From Candidatus Polarisedimenticolaceae bacterium (GTDB taxonomy: Bacteria; Acidobacteriota; Polarisedimenticolia; Polarisedimenticolales; DASRJG01): a DNA stretch of 64,000 nucleotides. The notes below the pieces were generated by a model. It saw only the letters and a program-made list of their open reading frames with translations. It was not told where the DNA came from and did not search any database. Positions 44,785 to 52,958 of the stretch are shown here, one piece after another. How positions within the stretch are numbered: position 1 is the stretch's first letter; every line of letters begins with the position of its first letter. The translations under genes and the position numbers were made by a program. The DNA lies in assembly GCA_036275915.1 (NCBI GenBank), contig DASUCV010000015.1, positions 12,394-76,393 of the forward strand. Reading direction: 5' to 3'.

Positions 44785-47022
44785 GTGAGCCGGATGCGGG
44801 CGCCTCGATGGGCCTTAGCGACCGCCCTCGTGATCGCGGCGTGCACGTGCGCCATCGCCGGGTCCGACGAGCCGCTCCGTCCGCTCAACGCGCCCGAGGA
44901 GCGAATCGAGGCCGAGCGCCAGATTGTGATTCTCCGCCTCGATCCGCGAGGGGGCGCAAAGCTCGGCGAATGCGATTCCCTGGAGGCCGCGGACCTCTCG
45001 ATCGCAATCGGCGCGGCGCGCGTGCCGGCGAAGGTCGTGGCGGTCGAGCGCGTTCCCCGCCCGGAGAAGCACTGGCTGCTCGTGGACAGCAGCGAAAGCG
45101 CGGAGGATCGGCGGCAAGCCGCGATGAACTCGGCTCTTCAGTATGTCCAGAGCGTCATGATCCCCGGCGAAGACACCGCAGCCCTCGTCACCGTGGACGA
45201 GGATCCGATCCTGATTGACGGGCCCACGACCGATACCAAGGAGCTCGTCTCGAAGCTCCACGACGTGGCCTCGGGAAGCTGGAGCGCCCTCCGCGACGGC
45301 CTCGATGCCGTTCTCCGGCAGATTCAAGGCGACAGGCACGAGCACGTCGTCCTCTTCTGGACCGACGGCGAGGACCAAACATCGTCGACTCGGGAGGCTG
45401 ATCTCCTCGCGACGCTCGCGCGCACGCCGAACGCGACCGTGTTTCCGATCTGCCTCCTGCCCAAGGGATCGAAGTACCCACCGCCGCCGATGGCCGGGGC
45501 GATTTTCACCGGGGTCGCCCGGCGTTCTGGGGGCGAGGTGTTCAGCGCCTCGGACCCACGATGGCTCGATCGTGTCCGCGGTTGGCTTGGACGTCGCTTC
45601 ACCGTGACCTATATGCCGCCGCCCGGAAATACCGGTCAGGAAGCGGTCATCACCGTGCCGTGGAAGCGCTGCGACGTCACCCAGCTCGCCGACCCGTTCG
45701 CGACGCCCGACCCGATCGCGGGCGAGGCGGCGCCGCCGCCCGAAACGTGGATGAAGCTGCATTCTCAAATGCGGAACGGGGACGACCGGAGTTGCGCGAC
45801 CCCGAAGGGGACGCTGGCATGGGCGTGGCCGCTCTCCGCCGACGCGGCCTTCCTTTCGGGGTGCATCCTCGACGTCGTACGTGCCACCGGTCCCGTGGTG
45901 CGCGACCACGACGGTGTTCCCGACTACCGGTTTCAGTCGCCTCGCTTCGCCGCGCGCACGATTCGGATCGAGCTGCCCGCGTTCGACGAGCTGCCGGCCG
46001 ATCTCGTCTCGGCGATCTTGCCGCTGCTCCAAGACGCTGATGCCGGCGGCGAGACTTCTGCGTCGTTCATCGATGGGAGCGCGTTTCTGGCGCAGCGCGC
46101 GCAGATCGCCGCGGCGCTCTTCGCCGGCCGCGCGGATTTTCACAAGTTTGCCCAGGCACGGCTCGCCCAGATTGCCGACGCGGAGCTGCAGGCGATCGGT
46201 CACAACTTCGCCCGCGATTTCCCCAAGCTCTCGGCGGAGGAGATCGCCCTCGTCGCGCGGTCGTCGCGTGCCGGCTCGCGCTCCCTCGCCTCGGCGACGC
46301 ACCCGACTGATGCCGATCTCGCCCGGGTGCTCTCGGCGTGGATCGATGACGTCTCCGCCGTCGAGCTGTTCCGAGCGATCGAGCGGCACTTCATCGATGC
46401 CTCGATCGTCCGCGGACCCGACGACGACCTGGACGCGCTCTGGAACGCCGCGCTCGCGCGGTTCGCGATGCCCTCGCGCGTGCGCATCGAAACCCCGCTC
46501 GCGCTGATCCACGACCCGGTGCAGGACGTGGTCGGCTTCGTGCGCATCGTGCTACCCCGCCCCGAAGGATTTCGCTCGCACGACCGCCGCCTGCCGAAAG
46601 CGGGCGATCCGCTGAGCGCGCGCCTCATGCGGCGTCCGCTCGCCGTGGGACTCTTCGAGAACGTCGCCGACGATGCGGCGGTACGGTCGGCCCTCCGGTC
46701 CGGCGGGTACCGCGCGACGTCGATCGATTACAAGGCGCTCGCGGTGCCGTTCCACCACGACCCGGGCAAGCCCTACGAGGAGGCGCGCGTCACCGTGACG
46801 CTCGAGGGCCACGACGGGGCTCGCGCCGTCTTGGAGGCGAACGTGAGGGGACAGAACGACGGGGTCTTCATTGTCGACCGCCTCGTGAAGCAGGTGACCG
46901 GGGACCCTTCGCTCGACGCGATCCTCAACGGGGTTCGGGCCACACTCCGACGGAGGAGCCGACCCAGTCGAGGCCCTTGTTGTGGTCGACGCCGTGGATC
47001 TTCCCGCGCGAGAGGCGTGTGA
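44785..47022 (+). CDS. VWA-domain lipoprotein with large uncharacterised C-terminal region (745 aa)
   Basis: Lipobox VIAAC. MIDAS-type DSSES (LLVDSSESAED) and downstream WTDGEDQ are present. The last ~98 nt overlap the convergent gene. Confidence 0.75.
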   Translation: MSRMRAPRWALATALVIAACTCAIAGSDEPLRPLNAPEERIEAERQIVILRLDPRGGAKLGECDSLEAADLSIAIGAARVPAKVVAVERVPRPEKHWLLVDSSESAEDRRQAAMNSALQYVQSVMIPGEDTAALVTVDEDPILIDGPTTDTKELVSKLHDVASGSWSALRDGLDAVLRQIQGDRHEHVVLFWTDGEDQTSSTREADLLATLARTPNATVFPICLLPKGSKYPPPPMAGAIFTGVARRSGGEVFSASDPRWLDRVRGWLGRRFTVTYMPPPGNTGQEAVITVPWKRCDVTQLADPFATPDPIAGEAAPPPETWMKLHSQMRNGDDRSCATPKGTLAWAWPLSADAAFLSGCILDVVRATGPVVRDHDGVPDYRFQSPRFAARTIRIELPAFDELPADLVSAILPLLQDADAGGETSASFIDGSAFLAQRAQIAAALFAGRADFHKFAQARLAQIADAELQAIGHNFARDFPKLSAEEIALVARSSRAGSRSLASATHPTDADLARVLSAWIDDVSAVELFRAIERHFIDASIVRGPDDDLDALWNAALARFAMPSRVRIETPLALIHDPVQDVVGFVRIVLPRPEGFRSHDRRLPKAGDPLSARLMRRPLAVGLFENVADDAAVRSALRSGGYRATSIDYKALAVPFHHDPGKPYEEARVTVTLEGHDGARAVLEANVRGQNDGVFIVDRLVKQVTGDPSLDAILNGVRATLRRRSRPSRGPCCGRRRGSSRARGV

Positions 47023-48145
47023 GGTTGATCGCGAGCGTGTAGTCGCCGCCCTGGGGCTTGAGGAACATCATCCGGATCTCCGCCTTGACGCCGGTGCCGT
47101 CCGGCGCCAGCAGGGCGGGCGCGTAATCGACCTTCTCCTGCAAGATCCACTGCGATCGCTCGGCGGCGGGGATCGCGGCGAGCGCGTCCTCGGTGAGATC
47201 CGGGTTGACGCCGGTCCCCGCAAACGAGAAGAGCGGCTTCAGGATGTAGTTCCCGCAGTCGCGCGGAAGCGTGTCGACCTCGGAGAGGATCCGCGTCCAG
47301 GGAGCGGCCGGATGCTCGATCCGCGGGAGCGTGTGCTTCGACCAGATCCAGTACCAGTCCGGGTGGCAGACCCAGCGAACGTCGAGATCGTCGCGCCAGT
47401 CGAACGGGAGATGGACCGCCTTGCGCTCGAGCTCGTCGAAGACGATCCGGTTGTAGATCCGCTGCACCGGCACGAGCTTGCCGTCCTTCGGCGCCAGGAG
47501 CGTGCGGCCGTCCTTGACGATCGTCGCCGCGTCGACGGTGCGCACGCCGAGCAGGCGCCGCGTCGCATGGAAATCGGGGCGCGTCTTCTGCTGCTCGGGG
47601 TGGAGATCGAGGAGAATCGTCCCGTCGAGATCGCCGTCGCCGACGATCGTGCGCTTCAGCAGGTCGAGGTAGCCGGCGCGGTCGAGGCCGGAGAAGAGCG
47701 GCGTGAAACGCTCCGGCATCCCGGGGAGGCCGGCGAGGACCTCGCCCCAGATCTCCCCCTGCACGAGCTGCATGGCGTAGAGCGAGGGAAACCCTTGGAG
47801 CTCGATCAGGCGCGGCACGAGCTCGCCGCCCTCGCCGCGCGCGACCGCGAAGTCGATCGCGACGAACTCGGGCTCGTCCTCGATCTTCAGGCCGCGCACG
47901 CGGTAACGCCCGGGCACGGCGAGGAGGCCGGCGGCCAGGTTCTCCGGCCGGCGGATGATCGCGAGGATCTCCTCCGCCGCGACGGCGAGCTTCTTCAGCA
48001 GGTCGCCGGGAACGATGAACGGCACCTCGGCGAGGCGGAAGCCGAAGTGCGGCTCGTCGAGGCGCTCCTCCATGAGGGAGCAGACGCGCCGGTAGAGCGT
48101 CTCCGAGTAGTGGGCCGTGAAGATGTCGCGGAGGGTCTTGTCCAA
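46925..48145 (-). CDS. Uncharacterised ATP-grasp-like amide ligase (circularly permuted ATP-grasp / glutathionylspermidine-synthase-like), 406 aa
   Basis: C-terminal ILKPLFSFAGTGV ... WILQEKVDY ... NLTRLSRGKIHGVDHNKG resembles ATP-grasp nucleotide-binding segments. N-terminal FVAIDFAV...PRLIELQGFPS resembles the pre-ATP-grasp part. The TTG start at 48145 is inferred, 2 nt after the upstream stop. Confidence 0.72.
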   Translation of the reverse strand: MDKTLRDIFTAHYSETLYRRVCSLMEERLDEPHFGFRLAEVPFIVPGDLLKKLAVAAEEILAIIRRPENLAAGLLAVPGRYRVRGLKIEDEPEFVAIDFAVARGEGGELVPRLIELQGFPSLYAMQLVQGEIWGEVLAGLPGMPERFTPLFSGLDRAGYLDLLKRTIVGDGDLDGTILLDLHPEQQKTRPDFHATRRLLGVRTVDAATIVKDGRTLLAPKDGKLVPVQRIYNRIVFDELERKAVHLPFDWRDDLDVRWVCHPDWYWIWSKHTLPRIEHPAAPWTRILSEVDTLPRDCGNYILKPLFSFAGTGVNPDLTEDALAAIPAAERSQWILQEKVDYAPALLAPDGTGVKAEIRMMFLKPQGGDYTLAINLTRLSRGKIHGVDHNKGLDWVGSSVGVWPEPR

Positions 48146-48147
48146 GG

Positions 48148-49260
48148 TCAGGCGAGTCCGCGCTCGGTCTCGTCGGCGACGTAGTCCATGACCGCGCGCA
48201 GGTCGTTCGTCGCCTTGTACACCTGGAGCTGCCTCTCGGCCCCGGTGCCCTCGGCGACCATCTGCCGGACGTGGCGCACCTGCTCGCGCGTCCCGAGCTC
48301 GTCCACGACGTCGTCGATGAACTCGAGCAGCTCCTCGAGCAGCGACACGAAGGGAACCTCCTCCTGCCGCCCGAAGTCGATGAGGAGCCCGCGGATTCCC
48401 CACCGTGCCGCGCGCCACTTGTTCTCCATGATCAGCGAGCGCCGGTACTGACGGAAGGTGAGGTTGCGCGAGCGCAGGAGCCACAGCTTCGCCGTGATCG
48501 CCTGGAAGAGCGCGGCGATCGTGATCGTCTCCTCCGCGCGGAGCGGGATGTCGCAGATCCGGTACTCGAGCGTCTCGTACTTGTGATGCGGCCTCACGTC
48601 CCACCAGATCTGGCCGCCGTCGATGACGCAGTTCGTCTTGACGAGGAGCGACACGAACTCCTGGAACTCGCCGTACGAGCCGAACACGTCGGGGATGTTC
48701 GTGCGCGGGAACTTGTCGAACACCTTGCACCGGTACGACATCCAGCCGGTCTCGCGCCCGAGCCAGAACGGCGAGTTCACGGAGAGCGCCAGGATGTGCG
48801 GCAGGAAGTACCGCGCCTGGTTCATGATCGTGATCTGATCTTCGCGGTCCTCGACGCCGATGTGGACGTGGAGGCCGAAGATCAGGTTGGCGCGCGCGAC
48901 CATCTGCAGGTCGGCGATGAGGCGCTCATAGCGCGTGTTGCCGCCGCTGATCGCGACGTTGCCCCAGTGCGTGAACGGGTGGGTGCCGGCGGCGGCGATC
49001 CGGAGGCCGCTCTCGCGGGCGAGCCCGGCGAGCGACGCGCGGAGTTGGATCACCTCGCGCTTGGCCGCCGCGATGTCCTTGCAGATCTCGGTCCCGACCT
49101 CGACGACCGGCTGGTGCAGCTCGGCCTTGAGCTTCCCGCCGAGGACGCCGTGCCCCTTCTCGAAGATCGGGGCGACGTGCGAGCGCAGCTCCCGCGACGC
49201 CGGGTCGATGACCTGGAACTCCTCCTCGATCCCGACCGTCAGGCTGGGACGCCGCGCCAA
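48148..49260 (-). CDS. ybdK: Carboxylate-amine ligase, YbdK / glutamate-cysteine ligase family 2 (GCS2)
   Basis: LTVGIEEEFQVID N-terminus, plus HVHIGV and WWDVRPH motifs typical of the GCS2 family. The TTG start at 49260 is inferred. Confidence 0.88.
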   Translation of the reverse strand: MARRPSLTVGIEEEFQVIDPASRELRSHVAPIFEKGHGVLGGKLKAELHQPVVEVGTEICKDIAAAKREVIQLRASLAGLARESGLRIAAAGTHPFTHWGNVAISGGNTRYERLIADLQMVARANLIFGLHVHIGVEDREDQITIMNQARYFLPHILALSVNSPFWLGRETGWMSYRCKVFDKFPRTNIPDVFGSYGEFQEFVSLLVKTNCVIDGGQIWWDVRPHHKYETLEYRICDIPLRAEETITIAALFQAITAKLWLLRSRNLTFRQYRRSLIMENKWRAARWGIRGLLIDFGRQEEVPFVSLLEELLEFIDDVVDELGTREQVRHVRQMVAEGTGAERQLQVYKATNDLRAVMDYVADETERGLA

Positions 49261-49262
49261 CG

Positions 49263-50213
49263 CTAGACCTTGAGCGCCGCGCCCTTGAGCTTCTCCGGCC
49301 AGTTGCCGGTCAGCTCGAGCGGCTTCGGATTCTCGGCGCGGTCGATGAGCATCTCGGCGACGGTCTTCAAGACCCAGTCGAAGTTCTCCCGGCCGACCGA
49401 GAACAGGTCGCAGTCCGGCGCCGGGTTCATGAAGTCGATCGCGATCGGGACCCCGTCGCGAACGGCGAATTCGATCGTGTTGAGGTCGTACCCGAGGGCG
49501 CGGCAGAGCGCGAGAGCGTCGGCCTCGATCCGCCGCAGGAGCTTCGGCTCGGTGGGCGGCGCGTCCTTGACGTACCGGTTCTCGAAGGGGGCCTTCGGGT
49601 CGTAGCGCATGACCCGCACGTGGCGCCGGCCCACGCCATAGCACCGGTAGTACTCGGCGAAGGCGATCGCCTCCTGGGCCATCATCGAGAGCGACCGCGT
49701 CTGGTCGTACGCCTCGAAGAACTCCTTGCGATCGTCGACCTTGTAGACGTCCCGCCAGCCGCCGCCGTCGGCCGGCTTCATGTAGATCGGAAAATCGAGA
49801 TAAGAGAAGACCGCCTCCCAATCGACCGGGAACGCCAGGTTGGAGAAGGACTCGGCCTTCGTGTTGGGCGGGTGCTGCTTGTGCGGCAGGAGCACCGTCC
49901 GGGGCACCGCGACGCCGCACGCCTGGGCGACGACGTTATTGAAGTACTTGTCGTCGCAGCTCCACCAGAACGGGTTGTTGACGACCTGGACGCCGCTCGC
50001 GGCGGCCTGCTTGAGATAGGTCCGGTAGAACGGGACCTCGTGGCTGATCCGGTCGAGGATGACGTCGTAGTCGGCGGGGATGTCCTGGACGAGCGGTCCG
50101 ACGCGGCAGGCCTCGGCGACGACCTTGCCGGCACCCCTCTTGTTGATCTCGTCGACGAGCGCGGGCGGGAACGAGCGTTCCTGACCGAAGAGCAGTCCGA
50201 TCTTCTTGGGCAA
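49263..50213 (-). CDS. ATP-grasp family ligase (RimK/glutathione-synthetase-like fold), 316 aa
   Basis: Features FPIYMKPADGGGWRDVYKV (Gly-rich loop region), EYYRCYGVG, and NTIEFAVRDGVPIAIDFMNPAPD (Mg/ATP-binding end of the ATP-grasp). Confidence 0.85.
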   Translation of the reverse strand: MPKKIGLLFGQERSFPPALVDEINKRGAGKVVAEACRVGPLVQDIPADYDVILDRISHEVPFYRTYLKQAAASGVQVVNNPFWWSCDDKYFNNVVAQACGVAVPRTVLLPHKQHPPNTKAESFSNLAFPVDWEAVFSYLDFPIYMKPADGGGWRDVYKVDDRKEFFEAYDQTRSLSMMAQEAIAFAEYYRCYGVGRRHVRVMRYDPKAPFENRYVKDAPPTEPKLLRRIEADALALCRALGYDLNTIEFAVRDGVPIAIDFMNPAPDCDLFSVGRENFDWVLKTVAEMLIDRAENPKPLELTGNWPEKLKGAALKV

Positions 50214-50308
50214 TGCGAAGGTCTCCCGTAGAATGGCCGATCACTGTAGCCGAACCTCCGTCCCGCCGTAAAGGCGGCGGGGGGACGAACCGGGGGACCT
50301 GAAGCACG

Positions 50309-51019
50309 ATGCATCGCGAATATCACCGCTGGCACTCGCCCTCGCTCGGGCGCGACATGGAGCTGCTCTGGTACGGAAACTGGGGGCGGCCCCTCCTCGC
50401 CTTCCCCACCTCGCTCGGGAGCTGCTCGCAGAATGAGGACAACGGCCTCATCGGCGCCCTGGCCGACAAGATCGAGGGCGGCGAGCTCCAGATCTGCTGC
50501 GTCGACGCGATCGACTCCGAGTGCTGGTACAACGACAACGCCCACCCGGGATGGAAGATCCACCGGTACATGCAATACGACCGGTATCTCACGACCGAGG
50601 TCGTCCCTCTCATCCACAAGAAGGCCGAGCGCGACGACCTCATGACCTTCGGCGCCTCCTTCGGCGGCTATCACGCCATGAACTTCGCAGGGCGCCATCC
50701 CGAGCTCGTCTCGCGCGTCATCTCGTTCTCGGGGATCTACGGCATTCACCGCTTCCTCCACGGCTTCTGGAACGACGACTGCTATTTCAACTGCCCCGAC
50801 GCCTACTACCCGAACCTGCCGCTCGACCAGGTCGACCGCATGCGCCACATCGGCTTCGTCGTCGCGACCGGCGAGCAGGACCATCTCGTCCAGGAGAACC
50901 GCTGGTTCTCCGAGATGCTGCGCGGGAAGGGATTGAACGTGTACGCCGAATTCTGGCCCGGCGTCTTCGGCCACGACTGGCCGTACTGGCGAGAGAACCT
51001 GAAGCGATTCGTGCCTTAG
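50309..51019 (+). CDS. Alpha/beta-hydrolase 'putative esterase' family protein (esterase D / enterochelin-esterase-type fold)
   Basis: Nucleophile elbow GASFGGYHA, with a downstream Asp/His context (GEQDH...; GHDW). 236 aa. Confidence 0.85.
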   Translation: MHREYHRWHSPSLGRDMELLWYGNWGRPLLAFPTSLGSCSQNEDNGLIGALADKIEGGELQICCVDAIDSECWYNDNAHPGWKIHRYMQYDRYLTTEVVPLIHKKAERDDLMTFGASFGGYHAMNFAGRHPELVSRVISFSGIYGIHRFLHGFWNDDCYFNCPDAYYPNLPLDQVDRMRHIGFVVATGEQDHLVQENRWFSEMLRGKGLNVYAEFWPGVFGHDWPYWRENLKRFVP

Positions 51020-51020
51020 A

Positions 51021-51055
51021 AGTTCACAGTTCACAGTTCACAGTTAACAGTTGGC
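51021..51055 (+). repeat. Tandem heptamer array (AGTTCAC)3-AGTTAAC-AGTTGGC immediately upstream of the ferritin RBS
   Basis: Read directly from the sequence, between the esterase stop (51017-51019) and GGAGG (51056-51060). The unit is the same as in the array at 44656-44725. Confidence 0.85.
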
Positions 51056-51067
51056 GGAGGCGAGGCG

Positions 51068-51580
51068 ATGACCGAGACGATGACCAAGGCGATCAACGAT
51101 CAGATCCACTCCGAGCTGTCGGCGTACTACAGCTATCTCGCGATGTCCGCGCACTGCGACCGTGCGGGCTTCCCCGGCGCCGCGAAGTGGCTCCGCCTCC
51201 AGAGCAGCGAGGAGCAGACGCACGCGATGAAGCTCCTCGACTTCCTCCTGGCGCGTCACGCGAAGGTCGGTCTCCGCGAGCTCGGCGCCCCGCGTATCGA
51301 GTACAAGTCGCTCCTCGACGTCTTCGAGACCGCCTTCAAGCAGGAGCAATCGGTCAGCGCCCAGATCGAGGCGCTCTACGAGCTCGCGTTCAAGGAGAAG
51401 GCGTACCCCGCCGTCGTCCAGCTCGAGTGGTTCCTCACCGAGCAGGTCGAGGAAGAGAAGACCTGCCGCGAGATCGTCGCCAAGCTCAAGATGGTCGGCG
51501 ACGACCCCGCGTCGCTCCTCGAGATCGACCGCGAGCTGGGCGCGCGGAGCATGGCGGGAGTCGGCAAGAACGCGGAATGA
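51068..51580 (+). CDS. ftn: Ferritin (non-haem, Ftn-type)
   Basis: The ferroxidase-centre ligand pattern of ferritin-like four-helix bundles is present: E..SAYYSYLAMS, SSEEQTHAMKL, QEQ, and EWFLTEQVEEE. Confidence 0.92.
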   Translation: MTETMTKAINDQIHSELSAYYSYLAMSAHCDRAGFPGAAKWLRLQSSEEQTHAMKLLDFLLARHAKVGLRELGAPRIEYKSLLDVFETAFKQEQSVSAQIEALYELAFKEKAYPAVVQLEWFLTEQVEEEKTCREIVAKLKMVGDDPASLLEIDRELGARSMAGVGKNAE

Positions 51581-51616
51581 TACGGGCGTAGAATCCGCGA
51601 ACGGAGGAGGAACGTC

Positions 51617-51823
51617 ATGAAGAAGCTCAAGCTCGTGGTCGGTGCCCTTGTGATCTTCGCCGCCGGCTGGGGCACGTGGTGTCTTGCCAAGCCGCCGGGC
51701 GGCGGTGGTGGCGGTGGCGGCACGCAGAACTGCAACCGCGTCGTCTGTGCCCAGTGCCCCGAAGGGTACGTGCTTCAGAAGGGTGCGTGGCCGGATTGCT
51801 GCGTCTGCGTTCCGGCCCCCTAG
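51617..51823 (+). CDS. Small exported Cys-rich peptide (68 aa precursor; Gly8 linker; 6 Cys in the last 29 residues)
   Basis: A strong RBS GGAGGAGG sits 6 nt before the ATG. Signal peptide MKKLKLVVGALVIFAAGWGTWCLA, then KPPGGGGGGGGTQNCNRVVCAQCPEGYVLQKGAWPDCCVCVPAP. A hairpin terminator follows directly. Confidence 0.7.
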   Translation: MKKLKLVVGALVIFAAGWGTWCLAKPPGGGGGGGGTQNCNRVVCAQCPEGYVLQKGAWPDCCVCVPAP

Positions 51824-51829
51824 ATTCAA

Positions 51830-51858
51830 GGAGAGGCACTCTCACGGAGTGCCTCTCC
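51830..51858. terminator. Hairpin terminator (12-bp stem), usable by both convergent transcripts
   Basis: GGAGAGGCACTC (51830-51841) / GAGTGCCTCTCC (51847-51858) with a 5-nt loop. There is no clear T-tract. Confidence 0.6.
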
Positions 51859-51935
51859 CCTTCCTCTCGCGTGGGAGCAGACCTCGGGGACGCGCGTGAC
51901 GCTGCGGTTCAGGCCGGAGGCGGAGTGACTCTCTT

Positions 51936-52841
51936 CTAGGATCCCGCCTTCTGCATCGCGGCGTGCATGACCGGCTCGGGGATCCCCGCCTTCTTCCACG
52001 CGACGAGATCGTCGGCCGAGAAGCCGGTCGCGATCGTCTGCTGCGACACATAGTCGACGAGGAGGTCGGTTCCCATCTGCTGCTTGCGCAGGCGCGTCAC
52101 GTCGGTGAGGAGCTGGGCCGGCGTCTTCGGAAGCGACGCCGGCGCGGTCTTGGAGTGGACGCGCGACGGCGGCACCGCCATCACCACCGGCTTGAGCGGC
52201 GCGGCAGACTTCGTCTCCGCGACGGCGCCGGCTTCCGGCTTCGAGGCGATCCAGGCTTCCTGAAGCTTGGAGTCGCTCATGAGAACCGCCCCGGCCTGCT
52301 GGAGCGCGTCCGAGAGGACCTCCTCGCAGTTCACCGGATTGCGCCAGCGGCCCTTCGTCTTGCCGTTCCCCATCGCGGTCCCTTCGGCGAAGACGTGCCC
52401 GGCGCGGTCGGCGAGCGTGTAGGGAAGCTGGACCTCGGCCGTGAAGGTCGAGTTCATGAACGAGTGCGTCTCCAAGACGTGGAACCGCGTCACGCGGATC
52501 GTGAGGACGAGGTTCGACTTGTCGTCGAAGAGGACGCCCCATGCGTTGAAGCGATCGGTGATCGTCGTCTTGAGGTAGCCGGGCAGATGGCCCGCGAAGC
52601 GGATGCGGAACGTGTCGTCGCCGCTGCCGGTGCCCTCGCCGATGATGTCGCGGCTGCCGACGGTCCGCGCGTCCTGCACGTCGAGCGCGATCGACTTGCC
52701 GGACACCCCTTCCTGGAGCGTCGCGTGCACGGCGCCGGGCTTCGTGGTCGGAATGAACTTGAGCGGGATGATGAGATCTTCACCGGCGAGAAGCGGGCTG
52801 ACCGCGACGACGGCGGCGATCGCGAAACGAATCGAGCGCAT
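51936..52841 (-). CDS. Hypothetical secreted protein (301 aa)
   Basis: The ATG at 52841 is preceded by GAAGGAGGGG. Signal peptide MRSIRFAIAAVVAVSPLLAG. No family recognised. Confidence 0.7.
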   Translation of the reverse strand: MRSIRFAIAAVVAVSPLLAGEDLIIPLKFIPTTKPGAVHATLQEGVSGKSIALDVQDARTVGSRDIIGEGTGSGDDTFRIRFAGHLPGYLKTTITDRFNAWGVLFDDKSNLVLTIRVTRFHVLETHSFMNSTFTAEVQLPYTLADRAGHVFAEGTAMGNGKTKGRWRNPVNCEEVLSDALQQAGAVLMSDSKLQEAWIASKPEAGAVAETKSAAPLKPVVMAVPPSRVHSKTAPASLPKTPAQLLTDVTRLRKQQMGTDLLVDYVSQQTIATGFSADDLVAWKKAGIPEPVMHAAMQKAGS

Positions 52842-52879
52842 GGGAACCCCTCCTTCTTCGAGGCCCCTGCGTTGCAAGA

Positions 52880-52953
52880 ATGGGGACATTCTGCTTTTTC
52901 CTTCAGAGCTTCTGCGGCGTGAAACTCCGAAGGAAAAAGCAGAATGTCCCCAT
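52880..52953. repeat. Perfect 25-bp-stem hairpin (GGGGACA-family palindromic element)
   Basis: ATGGGGACATTCTGCTTTTTCCTTC (52880-52904) and its exact reverse complement (52929-52953), with a 24-nt loop. It lies downstream of the debranching-enzyme gene. Confidence 0.8.
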
Positions 52954-52958
52954 CGTTT

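Noticed and set aside
51692-51715. GGC/GGT run (Gly8) in the small peptide gene as a slippage-prone simple repeat
   Set aside because: The codons are mixed (ggc ggc ggt ggt ggc ggt ggc ggc), which does not favour slippage. It is treated as a coding glycine linker.
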